Shown here: positions 38,891 to 42,331 of the stretch, piece by piece
Layout of the letters: each line of letters begins with the position of its first letter
Position numbering within the stretch: position 1 is the first letter of the stretch
Source of the DNA: Actinomycetota bacterium
GTDB lineage: Bacteria > Actinomycetota > Humimicrobiia > Humimicrobiales > Humimicrobiaceae
Length of the DNA: 42,331 nt
Assembly (NCBI GenBank): GCA_014894375.1
Contig: JADBLP010000035.1
Coordinates: 1 to 42,331 of the forward strand
Reading direction: 5' to 3'
Made by a program: the position numbers and the translations under genes
Notes under the pieces: generated by a model
Seen by the model: only the letters and a program-made list of their open reading frames with translations
Databases searched by the model: none
What the model was told of the DNA's origin: nothing

Positions 38891-40768
38891 ATGAATTTAC
38901 TAAAAATTAAAAGTAATATAACCCAGGCAATATTTGATATAGCCATATTCTTTTCATCATTTATTATATCTTTCTATTTAAGAGGGCAGTTAAAAATAGG
39001 AGGATTGGAGAGTCTTGCCCCGAAATACACCGAATATTTTATAAGATACACTTTGATAATAGTTGGTGTTAAGCTCTTAAGCTTCATTTTATTTGGCATC
39101 TATAAAAAAATCTGGAAGTATGCCAGCTTCAGGGATTTTCTTACCATAGTTGAATCACTAGCTATAAGTACTGTAATTATGATATTTGTTTTCTATATAA
39201 TTGAAGTAGAGTATTTTCCAAAGAGCATACTTATAATAGATTTTCTCCTTACTTTAATACTAATTGTGGGTTCAAGATTCTCAGTCAGAATGTTTAACGA
39301 GATGAAATTTGGAAGTATGTATACACGCAGGAAGAGAACCTTGATTGCTGGTGCCGGTGATGCAGGTGAGATGATAGTAAGAGAGATGATAAGGCAGAGG
39401 GATAGCGAATATGTTCCTGTAGGATTTTTAGATGACGATAAGGCGAAAATCGGACATCAAATTCATGGGATAAAAGTTTTTGGAAAAACTGATGAGGTTA
39501 AGAAATTTATTAAAAAACTGGCTATTGATGAAATAATAATCGCAATACCCTCAGCCAGTGGTGAGGTTAGGAAGAATATCACTTTTAAGGCAAAAGAAGA
39601 AGGGATATTTTGTAAAACCCTTCCCAGCTTATATGAGATAATAGATGGAAGAGCGCACCTATATCAAATAAGAGATATACGGATAGAAGACATTTTAGGC
39701 AGAAAGCCCGTAAATCTTAATTATAGTCAGCTTTTAAGTCAGCTTGAAGGCAAATCAATCCTTATAACTGGTGCAGGAGGATCTATTGGTTCCGAGCTTT
39801 GCAGGCAGGTGATAAGGTTTAAACCATCAAATCTGATTCTTGTTGATCATTCGGAGAATAATGTGTTCTTGATAGAACAGGAACTTTCTACAAAACTTAA
39901 TTATTCCAATGCCATACCTATTGTTACGGATATCAGGGACAGTTCCAGTATCAGGGGTGTATTTAAAAAGTATAAGCCTGAAATTGTATTTCATGCTGCG
40001 GCCTATAAACATGTTCCGCTTATGCAGTTAAACCCGGAAGCCGCATTGCAGAATAACTTTCTGGGTACAAAAGCAATGGCAAAATTGTCTATCTCCAGCG
40101 GAGTTAAAAAGTTTGTAATGCTCTCTACGGATAAGGCGGTTAATCCCAGCAATGTAATGGGTATATCAAAATTGCTTTCTGAAAAATATCTGCAGACACT
40201 TTCAAAAGTTAAGGATACGGTTTTTATAATTGTAAGATTTGGAAATGTGCTTGGGAGCCAGGGTAGCGTCGTACCCATATTTCAAAATCAGATAGAGAAT
40301 GGCGGACCTGTAGTTGTCACTCATCCAAAAATGACAAGGTTCTTTATGACTATTACCGAAGCCTCACAGCTGGTAATACAGGCATGTGCCATGGGCAATG
40401 GTAGCGAAATATATGTTCTTGATATGGGAGAACCTATAAACATCTTAGATCTGGCTAAAAATATGATTAGACTTTATGGATTAGAGCCTGAAAAAGATAT
40501 TAAAATTACTTTTTCCGGGGTAAGACGGGGAGAGAAATTTGCCGAAGAACTAATAAATAGTGATGAGAAACTTATGCCCACAGGTTTTCCTTCGATATTT
40601 GTAACCAGGAATAAAAGTAAGGAAAACATGGAAGAGATACAAAACTTATTGTTTAATATTGAAAAAGAGATCCAGCTTTATGACTATAAAAACCTATTTA
40701 AAGATCTAAAAAAGATTGTTCCTAATTTTAATGAGAAAAAAATGTGGTCCTCCAAGCTGCAGATATAG
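38891..40768 (+). CDS. membrane-bound UDP-GlcNAc 4,6-dehydratase (CapD/PglF/WbpM family)
   Basis: 4 N-terminal TMs, GAGDAG, TGAGGSIGSEL, HAAAYKHVP, STDKAV, RFGNVLGS. Confidence 0.93.
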   Translation: MNLLKIKSNITQAIFDIAIFFSSFIISFYLRGQLKIGGLESLAPKYTEYFIRYTLIIVGVKLLSFILFGIYKKIWKYASFRDFLTIVESLAISTVIMIFVFYIIEVEYFPKSILIIDFLLTLILIVGSRFSVRMFNEMKFGSMYTRRKRTLIAGAGDAGEMIVREMIRQRDSEYVPVGFLDDDKAKIGHQIHGIKVFGKTDEVKKFIKKLAIDEIIIAIPSASGEVRKNITFKAKEEGIFCKTLPSLYEIIDGRAHLYQIRDIRIEDILGRKPVNLNYSQLLSQLEGKSILITGAGGSIGSELCRQVIRFKPSNLILVDHSENNVFLIEQELSTKLNYSNAIPIVTDIRDSSSIRGVFKKYKPEIVFHAAAYKHVPLMQLNPEAALQNNFLGTKAMAKLSISSGVKKFVMLSTDKAVNPSNVMGISKLLSEKYLQTLSKVKDTVFIIVRFGNVLGSQGSVVPIFQNQIENGGPVVVTHPKMTRFFMTITEASQLVIQACAMGNGSEIYVLDMGEPINILDLAKNMIRLYGLEPEKDIKITFSGVRRGEKFAEELINSDEKLMPTGFPSIFVTRNKSKENMEEIQNLLFNIEKEIQLYDYKNLFKDLKKIVPNFNEKKMWSSKLQI

Positions 40769-40789
40769 AGACCGGAGGGTTTTTAGTTT

Positions 40790-41362
40790 ATGGTTTATAG
40801 AGTTACAAAAAGAATTTTTGATATATTATTCTCAATTATTTCAATAATATTATTTATCCCTTTCTGGATTATCATACCAATACTGGTAAAAATTGATTCC
40901 CCGGGAAGCGTAATATTCAAGCAGAAAAGGATTGGTGTTAATAGCCGGTATTTTACCATATATAAATTCAGGACCATGAAGAAAGGCACCCCTGATATTC
41001 CCACGGATGAATTAAAAAACCAGAGCAATTTGAACACAAGGGTTGGAACAATACTTAGGAGATTAAGCATAGATGAAATTCCTCAACTTATAAATATATT
41101 GAAGGGCGATATGAGTTTTGTAGGTCCCAGGCCTGCATTATATAATCAGAAACTGCTGATAAAATTACGGAAAGAAAAAGGTGTGGATAAAGTCCGGCCA
41201 GGGGTAAGCGGGCTTGCTCAAATTAGTGGAAGGGATGAGCTTTCAATCCCTGATAAGGTTATGTATGATGAGTTATATATTAAGGATGCTTCAATACTAT
41301 TGGATATAAAGATTTTTTTAATTACAGTAAAAGCAATACTTACTGGTAAGGGTGCAAACTGA
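40790..41362 (+). CDS. monotopic phosphoglycosyl (bacterial sugar) transferase
   Basis: KRIFD, KFRTM, DEIPQL-N, GDMSFVGPRP, PGVSGLAQ. Confidence 0.93.
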   Translation: MVYRVTKRIFDILFSIISIILFIPFWIIIPILVKIDSPGSVIFKQKRIGVNSRYFTIYKFRTMKKGTPDIPTDELKNQSNLNTRVGTILRRLSIDEIPQLINILKGDMSFVGPRPALYNQKLLIKLRKEKGVDKVRPGVSGLAQISGRDELSIPDKVMYDELYIKDASILLDIKIFLITVKAILTGKGAN

Positions 41363-41428
41363 TCCAAATATTTTTTGGTGATTCATTTAATTTTTTTTAA
41401 AGCAGTAGTTATCTGATTGTTTATGTTT

Positions 41429-42319
41429 TTAATCCTGAACTTTTAACTCCTTTATTAATTTTTCTATACCATCTTCAAAGCTTTTAGGAGAGAAGTTAAA
41501 ATCTGCTCTGGCTTTATTATATGGATATGATTTATTGATTACCATTCTCTCTATCTGGTCGGCAGCTAGAGAAGGATTTTTAGAAATTTTGGAGTATATT
41601 GAGATTAAGAGTATGCCGAGTTTAATGGGGATTTTTATTACTTTAAATTTCTTTTTTAATTTGTTTCTCACAATATCCAGCATTTCATTATATTTTAAAG
41701 GATTTTTACCGGCTATATTATAGGTCTCACTATAGGTTTTTTTGTTATCTAAGACACTAACAATAGAGTTGGCTACATCTTCAATATATATGGGCTGGAT
41801 TAGATTATTACCGCTTCCGAAAGTTATAAAAAAACCTTTCCTTTTTATAAACCGGATCATTTTTGAAAAATTAATATCATTTTTTGAGCCATATATCATA
41901 GAAGGCCGGAGGATTGTATAGTCCAGACCGGAATTTTTTATCAGGCTTTCAGAATCTATTTTTTGCTTCTTAACCATACTTTCAAGGGGGATTAAAACAG
42001 TAGTGGAGCTTATAAAAACAACTCTTTTAAGTCCGGTGCGCTTGACTGTGTTCAGGAAGGTTTCCAGAAGATGAGTATATTTAAGGTCAATCATATAAAC
42101 TGCGCTTTTTGCTTTTTTGATGGCTGAAATTATAGAATCCCCGCTCTGCAGTGTTCCTGTATTGAATTTAATCTTTTTGCTCGCTAATCTTGCAGCATCT
42201 AAAAGCCCGGACCTATCGCTGTCTGCTCTTACCAGACAATCGATATCATAATTATTTTCCAGCAGTTTTTTTAGAACTGGCGGCCCCAGGAAACCTGTTG
42301 CTCCGATAAGTAGAACCAT
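41429..42319 (-). CDS. NAD-dependent epimerase/dehydratase (atypical SDR)
   Basis: GATGFLG, TILRPSMIYG, QPIYIEDVA. Confidence 0.85.
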   Translation of the reverse strand: MVLLIGATGFLGPPVLKKLLENNYDIDCLVRADSDRSGLLDAARLASKKIKFNTGTLQSGDSIISAIKKAKSAVYMIDLKYTHLLETFLNTVKRTGLKRVVFISSTTVLIPLESMVKKQKIDSESLIKNSGLDYTILRPSMIYGSKNDINFSKMIRFIKRKGFFITFGSGNNLIQPIYIEDVANSIVSVLDNKKTYSETYNIAGKNPLKYNEMLDIVRNKLKKKFKVIKIPIKLGILLISIYSKISKNPSLAADQIERMVINKSYPYNKARADFNFSPKSFEDGIEKLIKELKVQD

Positions 42320-42331
42320 TTTTACCTTTTT

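Noticed and set aside
1-42331. CRISPR array, prophage, integrase or att duplication of the tRNA-Thr 3' end
   Set aside because: No regularly spaced repeats, phage or integrase genes, or second copy of the tRNA end was seen by manual reading.

Overview
Low-GC, gene-dense bacterial chromosome segment. The gene order and lipoprotein signal style suggest a deep-branching anaerobe, possibly a low-GC Actinomycetota lineage; this is an unverified inference. Left to right: (1) a GlcNAc/chito-oligosaccharide locus with a ROK repressor, ABC binding protein, two permeases, GH3 NagZ, an atypical long ROK kinase-like protein and NagA; (2) tmk-holB-PSP1(RicT)-tRNA-Thr(CGT)-argS-lysA-hom-thrC followed by an ApgM-like protein where thrB usually sits; (3) a ~2.9 kb AT-rich accessory patch with a GH18 chitinase remnant missed by the ORF track, an internally deleted IS91-family transposase, attC-like half-sites and an intact wHTH-MNT/HEPN pair with a tandem palindromic operator; (4) sppA and a complete nine-gene V/A-type ATPase with a Na+ signature; (5) an inverted tsaC-rpiB-glyA block, a dCMP deaminase and murA; (6) the start of a cell-envelope glycan cluster (LCP protein with tandem Ig-like domains, CapD/PglF, phosphoglycosyl transferase, SDR epimerase). 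The best leads are a thrice-repeated 16-bp candidate ROK operator plus the uncharacterised ROK enzyme, a repeat-bounded in-frame insertion in tmk, the proposed non-ThrB homoserine kinase and the chitinase/IS91/TA patch. No CRISPR array, rRNA or intact mobile element was seen.
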